Assembly: GCA_017499595.2 (NCBI GenBank)
Contig: CM039006.1
Span: forward strand, 2,790,001 to 2,854,000
Direction: 5' to 3'
DNA from: Psilocybe cubensis
Lineage: Eukaryota
DNA length: 64,000 bases
The stretch's first letter is position 1; each line of letters opens with the position of its first letter. The translations under genes were made by a program, and so were the position numbers. Below the pieces are notes generated by a model. It did no database searches. It was not told where the DNA came from and saw nothing but the letters and a program-made list of their open reading frames with translations. Below, in pieces: positions 10,331 through 22,213 of the stretch.

Positions 10331-13111
10331 ATGTCTCTGTCGGTCTCGGGCTTTCCTGAACCATCGCGCCAGGCTACGCACTCGAGCGAGATTTTTAGCT
10401 CCAACGCAGGCGACAGTCCGCAAGATGGCCACGGCAAGGCGACGCTCATAAATAGCCCTCGCCTTCGCGGCCTCTTTGGCGCGAGCGCTACTCCGTCCAC
10501 TAATACCTCAAACACTTCCTCTTCTTCAAGCAAGAAACCAGACGCCACTCCAAAGCGCCTCCGCACCACAAGCAAATCCGACACCGAAGGCGACCCGCAC
10601 ACATACGCATACGCACATGCACACCACCCATCTTCGCCACAGTCGCAATCGTCTGCCATCCGTGCCGGCATTACTATGAAGGGTACCACACCGCCTGCTA
10701 CGCCCTCGCTAGCATTTGCAGCGACGCCGTTTGAGCCATTACCCCAGCAGGAGTACGAACTTGGACTCGAGCTGGAAGCACTTCCGCACCCGCACCCACT
10801 GCCCAACAAACGTGCTCAGCTCCCGCCGCTTCCTCGCAAGGTCACGCCGTCGCCCGTGCGTCTGGGCCCGAACCTCGCGCGACTCAAGATAGTCAGCTCA
10901 TGGGGTCTCTCCCAACCGCAACCGCAGGCATATGCCCAGTCAAAGTCACCGCCGCCCTCGGTTGTAGTTCATGAATGGAAGGGGACGAATGTTGGAGATG
11001 GGAGCGGGAGTGGGAATGAGAGTGGAAATGGAGAGGGTGGTGCGGGTAACGCGATGGGTGCGGACGGAGCGGCGTCCAACGTCATTGCTCAGAAATCTTC
11101 TGCGTCTGCTTCGTCGCGGCCGCTTCCATCTGTGCCAGTAGTGGCCGCTCCTCGCCACGTCAACGCCGTTGCGGGCCCGTCCACTCATGCCAATGCGCTA
11201 CGCATCCCACCTACTGCGTCGTCGTCTTCGTCATTATCCACGTCGCCGTCTTCCTCTGGGTCTCCGTCTTCGCCCCCATCGTCTTCCGCTACGTCCGTGT
11301 CGCTGTCGCCCACGTCGGCCGTCTCACCACCTACCTCTAAGGTGATTATCCTCCAGCCGACCCCCCAGCGTGCCCACAAACCCCATACGCACTCACTTTC
11401 GATGCGGTATCAACCCCTTGTTGCGGAACCTACCGAGTCTTCGAGTTCAAATTCCACCAGTACTAGCTCTACGACACAGAGCCCAGTACGCCCCCTCCCG
11501 CGTATACCACCCTCCTCATCCCCCTCTCCACAGCCCGCGCCCTCCACCTCAGCACAGTTTTACCCCCCTCCGCCACGAGTCAAACGTCCAAAGACAAGCC
11601 CGAACCCTATCACCGAGTTCACCCCCACCCCGTCTACATCCAGACCTATTCCCGCAGGCAACATGTCTTCGTCTCTATCCTCTCTTCCTCCACGCAGCAC
11701 ACAGCTCGCGATGAGCTCACCGCGCCACCGCCACACAAGTACATGGGGGGCGCGACCCGGTGTCAATTGGCATACCGCGCAATCGCAGTCTTCCGTGTCC
11801 CAATTGACAACACAGAGCGTGAAGCAGCGGGCGAACAGCCCGCCACCCCCACTCCCGATCAGCAGCAATGGGAAGGTCCTCGGCACACCACGGGCACGAT
11901 CATTGTCACGCACACGTACAGGTGCATCGTTGGAGGCGACGGGTGGTGCAACGTGGGTCGGCATGCGGCCCTCGGCAGGTATGGGGTCGACGTCTCCGAC
12001 AATTGCGGGTGCGCGGCCGCTCCCAAAGAAGGCACCCACTATTCCTGCTCCGGTACTGCATGTTCAGACAAAGCATCGCGCAAAGCCAGTCCTCCCATCG
12101 TCGGCCTCGTCTGCGAATGGCGTCATTCGAAGTCTCCCACTGCCGACCCTGGTGACGCGACTGCCACCAGCAACGTCTTTTTCAACGAGCGCGAGTGCGG
12201 CCGCGTCTCCCAGGACCTCTCCAAAGACGGGGTCATTGGTGGTTAACGCGCTGGGTGGCTGCGGCACCCCGCGCACGCCGATTGCTATTTCCATCACCAC
12301 CACTGTTACTACTACAACCACAGGTGCAAACTCACCTGTGACCGCTGGGGACAACACTGACGACGAGGACATGTACGTCCCCGACACATTGTCCATTCTG
12401 GACTCACCTCTGCACACGCATCCTCTGGGGGCAGACACACATGGCCTGTTGACAGACACCGAGTCCGTCTCTCACTCGCATGCTTACCCCCATTCCCACT
12501 CTCACTCTAAGCCACACATCGACCCGAACCTCCTGAGCGCACCCGTGAGCCCAACTAGCGCAACCGATCCTGACTCACCACTTGAGGTTTTCGTGGACGA
12601 CCACGACCTGAGTACGCTCCCGCCGTGGCTTGCGCGTGGCCCGTCGCCTATCCGCTATGCGCGCCCGGACTCGCGCGGCCGGCTTCGTGGAGAGTATACA
12701 GATTTAGGTGAAGATGAGGATGTGGATGAAGGTGAGGGCTCGGATGTAAATATTGGTGGGGGGTTGAGGGTGAGGGGAAGACAGAAAGGGAAGACAAGGG
12801 GCAGGGGTCGGCGGAATAATTACGATGGATATGATAGCACCTCGAGCAGCAGTGGTTATAGCATCCCTGGATCGTCGACGTCGTCTCGCAATGGTAGCAC
12901 TACTGACTCGCTCGGTATTGGTGTGCGGAACGGTAGGCGTACGGGCCCGCGGAGAAGGAGGAGGACAGAGCAGCTGCGCTCTTATCGACATAGTTATCGG
13001 CCCAAGGCAAGAGCATCGTCACCGTCGGAGGACAACGATATCGACAATAGCTTCGGCAGGGAGACGTTTGCCCCCGTTACACGCGCGTCGTCGGTATCCC
13101 CGTCGAGATAA
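10331..13111 (+). CDS. Large Ser/Pro/Thr-rich, low-complexity hypothetical protein
   Basis: 947-codon uninterrupted GC-rich ORF (10268-13111); first ATG at 10331. No recognisable folded domain. A further 3' exon is possible. Confidence 0.7.
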   Translation: MSLSVSGFPEPSRQATHSSEIFSSNAGDSPQDGHGKATLINSPRLRGLFGASATPSTNTSNTSSSSSKKPDATPKRLRTTSKSDTEGDPHTYAYAHAHHPSSPQSQSSAIRAGITMKGTTPPATPSLAFAATPFEPLPQQEYELGLELEALPHPHPLPNKRAQLPPLPRKVTPSPVRLGPNLARLKIVSSWGLSQPQPQAYAQSKSPPPSVVVHEWKGTNVGDGSGSGNESGNGEGGAGNAMGADGAASNVIAQKSSASASSRPLPSVPVVAAPRHVNAVAGPSTHANALRIPPTASSSSSLSTSPSSSGSPSSPPSSSATSVSLSPTSAVSPPTSKVIILQPTPQRAHKPHTHSLSMRYQPLVAEPTESSSSNSTSTSSTTQSPVRPLPRIPPSSSPSPQPAPSTSAQFYPPPPRVKRPKTSPNPITEFTPTPSTSRPIPAGNMSSSLSSLPPRSTQLAMSSPRHRHTSTWGARPGVNWHTAQSQSSVSQLTTQSVKQRANSPPPPLPISSNGKVLGTPRARSLSRTRTGASLEATGGATWVGMRPSAGMGSTSPTIAGARPLPKKAPTIPAPVLHVQTKHRAKPVLPSSASSANGVIRSLPLPTLVTRLPPATSFSTSASAAASPRTSPKTGSLVVNALGGCGTPRTPIAISITTTVTTTTTGANSPVTAGDNTDDEDMYVPDTLSILDSPLHTHPLGADTHGLLTDTESVSHSHAYPHSHSHSKPHIDPNLLSAPVSPTSATDPDSPLEVFVDDHDLSTLPPWLARGPSPIRYARPDSRGRLRGEYTDLGEDEDVDEGEGSDVNIGGGLRVRGRQKGKTRGRGRRNNYDGYDSTSSSSGYSIPGSSTSSRNGSTTDSLGIGVRNGRRTGPRRRRRTEQLRSYRHSYRPKARASSPSEDNDIDNSFGRETFAPVTRASSVSPSR

Positions 13112-15461
13112 CTCTTTTGCGTGTTCGTTGCTTCCCTTATGGGTGTGTTGGTGCTTGGGATTGCAGGTGATGAAGGTCATTTACAGAACGAAAAGGTTCT
13201 AGTCATGATTTGGAGGCAAGGAAATCCACATACGAGAGATACAAGTAGGAAGGTCTGGTCTGACCACGGGGAGAGGCCATTGTTGCGCTGCAGACTATTA
13301 TATGTTTTATGGCTAATGACTAATGGCTTTACCAAAAATCGGTGGATCCTGGGGTACGAAGCAACATGGAAAAGGTCGGGAGACATACCTTTCAATGCGT
13401 TCCTACTCTTCGGAATGCTGCTGCAACTTCTTATGCCAGCCCCTTTCCCACAGGTTCGATGCCTCTTGTTGATGGAATTCAGAAGTTCGACGGTGAATTT
13501 CTTGCCTTTCCCTCGCAAAGCATTCGAATTCTGTTAGCATCTTGTGACAGTTTACGTTTACACATTGTATTGACTCTGTGAGCATTAAAGTTGATATATG
13601 CGCGATTTTGCTTCATGATGCCTGAATATCCACATAAACTGTCAATGAAATTGAGTCGGGTGATGAATAGAATGCTTATCTGCTACGGTAGCTGAGTGCC
13701 ATGTATGCGATAAATAGTGCATGGGTCTACTGTCCTACTGTCATATGCTCCAAAGTACTCTGAGACTCGGTATCAGGAAATGACACAATATATGCGCATA
13801 TATTGATACAAGTAAGGCTCAACCTACATCTGAAGTCTGTAAAATTCGATGAATAATCGTTAAAGCAGATACTAGGTACTCAACTAATGCTGGAGAGTGA
13901 CTATATCGGCGACCACTGCGCAGGAGGAAAAATGACAGTAACGCCGAACGGGACATTTCCTCAAAAAGTGGAGAGCAGAACGTAATTCGGAGAATAGGCT
14001 TCTTACAATAACTTGATAGCCGCAAGCAGAATCAAACGTTCTCTGGCCACCATTGATGTCCCTACCTCCCCAAAACCAATAACCCGCTCAATTAGATAGT
14101 GAAGGCGTTTTACGTTGCGCAATTCGGACTGCGCTGTCAACAAGTGAGTGACTTTTTCTGACATTCTTCCTATACGATACCAGCACATATGAAGAGAGAT
14201 TATGACTGTAGAGCTTGTTTATATGATAGTTAGGAAATGCGATGGTGGGGTACATAGGAGCACATCTCAGTAAGTACTACAACATTCGGAAATGATGCGT
14301 TCCGGAGAACGCCGAAGTTTTCAGCTCCGATCAGATTTTCGTTGACTTGTTCAATTTGTGTACTTGCTAGTTCTTTACTTAGCAGACTGAGCAAAGTAAG
14401 TGTATGGTGGCTCATCACTCTGATGTATTTACACTGCTGGAGGCCATTGATATATGTCAAATAAAAACGAATCACATACACGTCTTGTATATTAATATGT
14501 CGTCTTTGTTGACTTTTTTTCTAGAAGTATGGTTCGGAATGCACTTCCGAAGTATATTTCTCTAAACACTGTCAACAAAAGGCACACAATCAAACACATA
14601 ACGTGTATCTAATCCATTTTTATCTGGAATATACGAATGGGTGCCAACAGTTCCAGTAGCATTATATCTGAAATACATACAAGAATTTTTTCGCAAGTTT
14701 TCGGATATTTTATTATCTTTGTCTTGTAAGATTTGATCATCAAAACCCTGAGCCGGTTGCTCCACAATGTACTAAGAAGACTTCAAGGCATTGAAACCTT
14801 GGACTTGCAAAAGTTGTAAAGAGACACGATGCCATTTTCATATCAATAAATTGACGATTCACTTGCGGCGGGAGGCACAGCCCCTCGAAAGCTTTTGCCA
14901 ATGTAGAATTCGCGTTGGTGAGCACAGTGGGAACGGCCGGATGAGACTCAACTAAATTCTCTAAAGGTTCTTCTTTCTTCATTGTCTATAATTTACCAAA
15001 GGTCTTTACACAAGTCCTTTTATTTGAAAGGCTTGGATTTTCATATTCGATGACATGATGTAGTTTTTGTTTCAATGTTCACCGGCATTCAGTACATATA
15101 GGGTACTGATGTCGTTAGTACTTTCTCATAGGCATCACAGAAGCATCTTGCCGAAGCTTCCGGTGAGGCTTGCCTCTGCTACACATGATATCTAGAAGGT
15201 CTTGGAAACCGATTTACGCTTCTTGTGTGCTGTATCTTCTATCTCATCAACCGAACAACGTTACCGAGTCTCAAAGTCGCGAGAACCCCTGGGCAATTGC
15301 TAAATGGGTCCTGCCACATGACTTCAACCTCGTTGAGCCTCATTTACGATACTCTCTCCCCAAAGTATCACACATGAAAATATCTCGATACATCTCTATC
15401 TTCACTATTAATCCCCTGACCAGTGCAACAACTTTATATACATTCTCAAGACGCTACCGAT

Positions 15462-17126
15462 ATGTCAGTACGAAGCTCTGAAATCCGGCTCTGTGTCAAT
15501 ACCAACACTGAAATAGCTGGCCGTCGCTCCATCGATCCTCTCACATTCAATCTGCCCACCGAAATCGTCAGCGAGATCTTCGCGTTGACTCTCTGGTGCC
15601 CAGCCCCACTCAGCTATAGTACTTTTGCTCCTGCGCAGCAGGAAAAGGGCAACGGTGCAGCGTTAAAACTAGGCGCCGTATGTCTCGCATGGCGAGAGAT
15701 AGCATGGGCGACGCCGCAACTCTGGACAAATTTCTACCTCCACATCGACATAGACAGCCACTGCAACGATAACAGCACACATAACACCTCGTTTCAGCTC
15801 GCGAATGCTTGGTTTGCACGCTCTGGACACCTCCCACTGTCACTGCAGATACACGTCCCGCTCAAATCACTCCCGCGCATCCTTGCATCTGTAGCCGGTC
15901 ACAGCTCATTTGCATTGCTTTCGAGTCTAATCACCAGATATAGCTCTCGTTGGCGGGAACTGGACATTTGGTGCCCCGACTGGTTTCTGGCGACGTTGTT
16001 CCCGACGGTCGTAAGGGCAGTGTCTGACATAAATACAACCATCCTCGACACTCTACGCATCCATGCGGTGTACGACCCATATCACCCTACCCGCGCTGTC
16101 TTTTCTGGATACGCGGCAATGGAGCCGGCTCCACGTCATGTCTCAATCTCTGGCGGTACGCTGCGATTCGTGGACGTGCACGTAAACTGGCAGAACGCTA
16201 CGCGTGTCGATATGGAAGGGGTGGAGCTCGCAGGATGTGTTTACATTCTTACACATGCTTTGGGTTTGGAGGATGTCAAGTTCAACCGTGTATCTGTGAA
16301 TGAAACGGACGTTGGTATGGTATCCGTGGAAGGGCAAATTCACACTACCCTCTCTTTCCTAACATCGCTCCACCTCGACTTCACATCCTCCTTTCTCCCA
16401 TCACACAACCCCTTGGACGACCTACTTTCCGTAATCACGGCCCCTGCGCTCTCCAGGATTTCCCTCAGTTTCGGTATTCTTCGACCCCGCGCCCTTCTTC
16501 CCGCGATCGCACTCATCCGCCGCTCAGGGAGCGCAATATCTTCGCTTGCGATTAGCCGAAAGTACGCTGGCTCCAGGGACAACGAACGAAATAATGACGA
16601 ACACGCGCAACTCCTGGCGTTGCTCCGCGCTACGCCTGGCCTCCGCTACCTTGACGTTGGTGTTAAGTTCGGATTTGGGGAGCCGCACCCGCAGGCAAGA
16701 CTGATAGGGTTACTCGTAGGCGAAGAAGATAAGGTGGATGGAGGAGAGGAAAAGAGAGAGTTGGAGCTCCCGTATCTTGAAATGGTGCACATCGGGGTTG
16801 GCCGCATCCGTCGCGTCAGCGATGTGAGCTTGTTTGACTGGACGACTGTCCCTCGACTCATAGGCTCTCTCAGGATGAATGGGAGGACTCATCTGAGGAT
16901 TTCATGGATCAGGAATGGTGTCGCGTCGGACGTCATGCGGGCAGTGCCTTACTGGGATCGGGAGACTGTGGTGCGTGTCATGGAACTTCAGCGTTGGTAT
17001 GGTAGCTCAAGGCCCGGCGGTGATGGGTATGGGGAGAACGATTGGATTGAATTAGATACGAAAGATACGAAGGGAGAGGTGGATCTATTCGAGGCTTCCG
17101 TTGATTTTTACGGTCTGAGAGGATAG
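15462..17126 (+). CDS. F-box-like protein (agaric F-box/LRR-type expansion), single exon
   Basis: NLPTEIVSEIF...LGAVCLAWREIAWATPQLW F-box-like motif, then WFARSGHLPLSL and SRWRELDI segments typical of this family. Confidence 0.85.
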   Translation: MSVRSSEIRLCVNTNTEIAGRRSIDPLTFNLPTEIVSEIFALTLWCPAPLSYSTFAPAQQEKGNGAALKLGAVCLAWREIAWATPQLWTNFYLHIDIDSHCNDNSTHNTSFQLANAWFARSGHLPLSLQIHVPLKSLPRILASVAGHSSFALLSSLITRYSSRWRELDIWCPDWFLATLFPTVVRAVSDINTTILDTLRIHAVYDPYHPTRAVFSGYAAMEPAPRHVSISGGTLRFVDVHVNWQNATRVDMEGVELAGCVYILTHALGLEDVKFNRVSVNETDVGMVSVEGQIHTTLSFLTSLHLDFTSSFLPSHNPLDDLLSVITAPALSRISLSFGILRPRALLPAIALIRRSGSAISSLAISRKYAGSRDNERNNDEHAQLLALLRATPGLRYLDVGVKFGFGEPHPQARLIGLLVGEEDKVDGGEEKRELELPYLEMVHIGVGRIRRVSDVSLFDWTTVPRLIGSLRMNGRTHLRISWIRNGVASDVMRAVPYWDRETVVRVMELQRWYGSSRPGGDGYGENDWIELDTKDTKGEVDLFEASVDFYGLRG

Positions 17127-17375
17127 CATTATAGGCTGTATGGTTTGAGTCTTGGGAGGGCAGGTTGAAGAACAAGCCTGGCTTATATGAGGGCATATAA
17201 CCGATGCAAGCGAAATGATACCCTGGTCTCCTGTGGCTATACCCAAATTAACCTTTGATGCAACTCTTACGCACTGTTATACACTACGGATTTACAAACC
17301 TAATGAATTTAACAATCTTCCTTTTCAACTTTTGAATATCACAGATCACTAACCAGACCGTTCACCATCAAACAT

Positions 17376-18232
17376 TTACCATGCGATTTCCGACCCATCC
17401 CAGTTGAAAAACTTGCCTGTTGGGCCGTTGTCATCCAGTAAAACCATTGGCAGAATCCCAAGGGCGCCTTCCTCCAATGTTCTCCCACCCTTTACAAAGT
17501 CATTCAAGCGCGACGCCACCAGGCCGGGGCTGACCGCATTCACCTTGAACCCCTCCTTCTTCAGCTCGTTTGCAAGTGCCACTGTGTATCCGTTCACTGC
17601 AGCCTTGCTATTCCCGTATGCGGTAAACACCGTCGTCGCGTCGTCGCGGCTCTGGTACGCCTGCGAGCCCAGTGGGCTTGAAACGTTCGTGATCACGGGC
17701 ACACCGCCCGCCGCCTTCGCGGCGCGCAGGAGCGGAAGGAACGCAGTTGTTGTCTCGATAATCCCCAGGTAGTTCGTCTCGAACACGTCCCGAGCTACAG
17801 CGACAGACAGCTGCGATGGGTGCTGCGCAACGTCGTTTCGCGAGATTGCAGCGTTGTTTACGAGCACGTCGAGTTTACCATGGGCGGCGGAGATCAGCGC
17901 GACTGAAGCGGCGATGGTGCGCGGGTCGCGCACGTCGAGGGTGGTGTATTTGACGTTGGTGAGACCCTTGGCGTGTAAGGATTTTCTACGATGGTTTGAA
18001 TCAGTTGCGAATTAGGCAGAGAGACTGATAGGGTTGCGTACTGCGCTTCCTGCCCAGCTTGCTCATTGCGTGATGCGAGGTAAACAGTGTGTCCCTTCTC
18101 AGCAAGGATGCGGACGAGCTCGAATCCAATGCTCGAATTGCTGCCTTGAAATGCACAGAAGCTCGATATCAGCAAACAAGAAGAAGTGTGGCAGAAGGCG
18201 GACAGACCTGTGACTAGGATAACTTTGGACAT
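17376..18232 (-). CDS. Short-chain dehydrogenase/reductase, carbonyl-reductase-like, likely NADP(H)
   Basis: MSKVILVTG|SNSSIG, ASRN, LDVLVNNAA, NVSS, catalytic YGNSK, VNAVSPG, GPTGKFF; two introns. Confidence 0.92.
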
Positions 18233-21200
18233 GTCTATGTTTTGGAGTGTCGAAGTTGCGTTGGGCGATTTTAATGATATGAAGGACAAAGGACAGACAC
18301 CCTTCGTCATTTATAGGTTACCAAGTCAGTACAGATACACCGTGACCCAGCTCCTCATCTCCGCCTGAGGCAAATTAATCCCAGCGAAAGATTATCGAGC
18401 CAACCATTGCACAATGTTTCACATCGCCGACCGTTGTTGGAAGTCAAAATTTTGATGACAAATATTAAGATTGTTTCTCGGAATAGCATCCAGGTTCTGA
18501 ATGCAACATTCACCGCTTGCCCTTTGGTGCACAGTTGAACATGTGTATAGCAGTACTGGAAACATTACGCGTTCATTCGGCACCGCAGCTTAGCGGGATG
18601 TGCGTAGGTAAGAGTCCCGGAGAGGCCGACGAGAAAGCTCAGATGCAATATTTTTAAACAATAGCATTCACAGGTGATTTGTGTAGCATTGGCGATATGA
18701 GATCATTAACCCTGATAAAAGATGGTTGGATTAATCAGCGTAATTGTGGGTGCTCTGGATGGACGGCTCGACGGATAGGGTTGGACCAGGATGACTGAAA
18801 GGTTGGTAGTAATTGCATAGGCGTTGGGGAAAAGGAAGCCAATTGGCTCGGATGCATCCGAAGGGCTTAGATGAGCACCTTTCTAGCACCTACCAGAGTT
18901 TACTTCAACGCCTTATTTGAGCTTTCTTTCTGGTATCATTATATTGACAATGGGCATAGTCATTAGAGCTTGCCTTTTTGCAACTTATATCCTCTCATCA
19001 TGATCAAGTAGTAATTCTTAGTTTAAGCATTCAATACTTCAAGTAATTGTTTATCTCTTCGCTAGCCTACGCCCAGCCTCAAAGCCCGAAGGTCATTGAA
19101 TGTCTCCATAATTGACACTTCTGCCTTTGAGAATACATTACATTACAAAAGACTTTTAATGACACTGTAGCTTGTTTAGTACCTCGAAGGATTATTCCCT
19201 GTTGTCTTGCGTTTTCGGCTTACGTTGATAGAAAGGACCGTCTGTCAATGGGTTTCAAACTGGCTGTAGTGTCGGAAGCTTTAATGTTGCTGCTAAGGTA
19301 GACTTTCTAAGTCTTATAGTTTACAAAGTCCCACGACAGTGGGTCTTTTGACTCCGTTTCTTCAGGAAATGCTTATTTTAGCATGATAAATGTACGCGAC
19401 TGTCTGCAAAGTGGAGTGAAAGCGGAAAAATGGATAATCAGCTTCTCTATGTTCGTAATGCCAACATTGCCAAGTCACCTCCGCTGTCAATAAGAGAGTG
19501 GCTGATTTCTCAATTAGATGAAAGAATTGAAGGAAATTGCTAAGGTATGAGTTACAGAATCTAATCCGTATATGGAAGTGGAACTTTGAATCGAATTCTA
19601 TCTACAGAAGCCAGTTCAATGTCATGATACAGCAAGAAAGAAAATTGCTGTATTCATAACACTGACATGACCGTAGAAATGAAGTTCAATTACTTAATAG
19701 GTTCAATTAAACAGGACTCCAGGCTCCATCTCGATGCTCTTATCATAGGCCATGGCCCGCAAACGAACGGATTTATGTTGATCTACTGATCTTCTTTAAC
19801 CGTTAATGCCTATCGCGCGTCTGCAAATGCCAAGACAAAGAGGATGACCAGATACGACTCGCCTGGGTTCGCGTCAGGGTGCCTCATGCAGCCTCATGTT
19901 CGTCTACAATGACGTAGTGGTACAAATACATCCGGGGCACTATAATCAAATTCAAATTGCTGAGATTGTGGAAAACAAAAGTCGACTTGGAGGCAACTTG
20001 GAGGCAGATATCACATAGCAGAAGATCGTATCATTTAATTTGCAAAGGCGGGGCGAGCTGGCACCAGGAGTGCGCAGGATATGGGCCTGGTAGGCAGCCT
20101 CTAGATTTCGGTTAAAAGTTCAGCACTCTGTCAAACTAATTCTACCATCCAGTGAATAGCCCTGGGGACCTCTATGACTGTTTAGTCAATCCTCCGCATG
20201 AAAGGATACGTTCAAGGCATGTCCATAATTAAATTGAAGTCTTCGATACTCGTTTACCCCACACCTAACGAAGCCCACTATTACTGCTGTAGATACAAGA
20301 TAGTTCCGAAGGCAAATACCGCGAATCTGATTCTATCTGACTGTCGAAAGAAGATTACGTTTGGTGCCGTCGGTGGAAATGGATAAAAAATCACTGAATA
20401 GGTATTTATCGATCCAGGCACAAGTTAAGCCCTTTGGAACATTGACATCCATATATACCCACACACATTACCGTCGACTCTGGCATGAATCCGAATTCCG
20501 AAAGAATAATAATGAAGAATACAAAGGTGTAGTAACTATTGGAATTTATCCATTTCCAAAAGATACACTCAACCATTTAATTTAGAAGATACCTATTATT
20601 ATTAAATGACCATAGCTCGTTTACAGCGGAGTCGTATGTTGTAAATACACCTGCCAGGTTGGATGGAGCGTCATCCGCGACGAAAACCTTTTTTCACTTG
20701 GTTGAACGACCGAAATCTTAGGAAAGTTTGGTACGTCTGAGACTCTGAGCAAAGTAGACATGTGGCGTCTGATTAATGAAAACGAAACTACAGATATGGA
20801 ATAGCAGTGGCCAAGTGTAGTAGTCTTTGGAATTGAGGCCCGAGGGAGAGGTTTGAACTATCAACACCGCAAGTCCATTCGGCCCGAAGATAATGGCGTG
20901 CAATTGGAGACATTTGAAACTCCGATGATTAACTAATAACATCGGTAAATCTGACAGCGATAACAATCAGATACGATAACATGCATGTCATTTGGAAATG
21001 CAAAAGGTTTGAGTTCCCGCAATCGAAACTGGTGAAATCTGCTAGCTGAGCTTTCATGCGCATTGCAATGTCTGTTGGATTCCAAACGCCTCGACAGGAA
21101 CGAGTTTTGCGAAGGTGAGCTGTCAAATTTCCACCCGATGTCTGCATATTTACAAACTGACACAAAAGCTATGCAGCAATCTGAAGTTTACAGGAGCTTA

Positions 21201-21856
21201 GGCCATTTGGATTATACGCTCTGTTTAATTCACACGGCGGTCGTTTGCGGGTGTTTTAGGCGGATTGCCATCGTTGACAGACTGATCCGTGTCACCTCTT
21301 CCGCCGAGGTTCATTGCATGTACGACGCAAGTTGAACGACTGAAACACTATTGCTCAAACTATTCCAGAAAGAATTAGCGCCTAACCAGTCATAAAGGCA
21401 ACTTTACATCCTTCCTCGACTCCCAATTTGTCTCGCTAGAACGCAAAATGATTGGGAGGAGTACAGGCCAGTAGGCCTTCGCCTCCCATTAACGTAATTA
21501 CAGAGCAGTGCGACCCTGAAGCCAAGCCAAATGTCATGTTCTGGACATATCTTGTGACAAAGAGGGTGCGGAGGATGGCGGAGGTGAGTGTTATAGCTGT
21601 GGAAAGCCTAGAATGTAAGATACCGAATATTTTTCCTTATCGTCGTTCCACCACAGTAAGCCAAGCCAAATAGCATTGAATGTCGACTGAGGAAGTACTA
21701 TACACATATAATACTAGCAAAAATCATCCTCCGAATGTCAAGAACAATGCTCAAATGGGCGAAACCGGAGAATTGTTATCGAACTTCAAAGGTATAGAAG
21801 GGTAGTAGCGGGTAGATTTCACAACGAGAGACCGTGGTAAGTCACATACACGCAGT

Positions 21857-21986
21857 CTATCTGACATCTGAAGGAAATAGTCTTGACCTTCTCCAGGTAC
21901 AGGAACTGTAGATTGTCAACTATCGTGAAGCAAGCGATAAGTCAGATACGCAAATTTGAAGGGTGGTGATTGGACGATAATGATAG
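21857..21986. promoter_or_regulatory. Cluster of GATA cores upstream of ammonium transporter
   Basis: GATA cores at ~21857 (minus), 21920 (minus), 21936 (GATAAG), 21945, 21976 and 21982, 230-360 bp upstream of ATG 22214. AreA/Gln3-type nitrogen regulators bind GATA. Confidence 0.45.
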
Positions 21987-22213
21987 CAAAGAATGTTTGT
22001 CGCACTGACAGCCGTTTCCTTTTCGAGACATACAACGAGATCACGACGCGTATCCACTTTTAGTTTTCGATTTTCGTACTTGGCCAAACAAGCATGGGGT
22101 TATATAGCCACAACTTTGTCAACACAGCTCTCATTTCCTCACCCACTACACACGCACCTACTCCTTCGTGGAAGCCATTCCTCAAGGACATTCCACCTAC
22201 CGAATAACTCGAT

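Noticed and set aside
13800..15000. Short minus-strand ORFs in AT-rich DNA
   Set aside because: Possibly a decayed gene, but there is no recognisable motif or coherent splice model.
18400..21800. Long gap with short ORFs, including a GNLTAHLRK zinc-finger-like word
   Set aside because: No matching Cys/His spacing or extended frame; unsupported.
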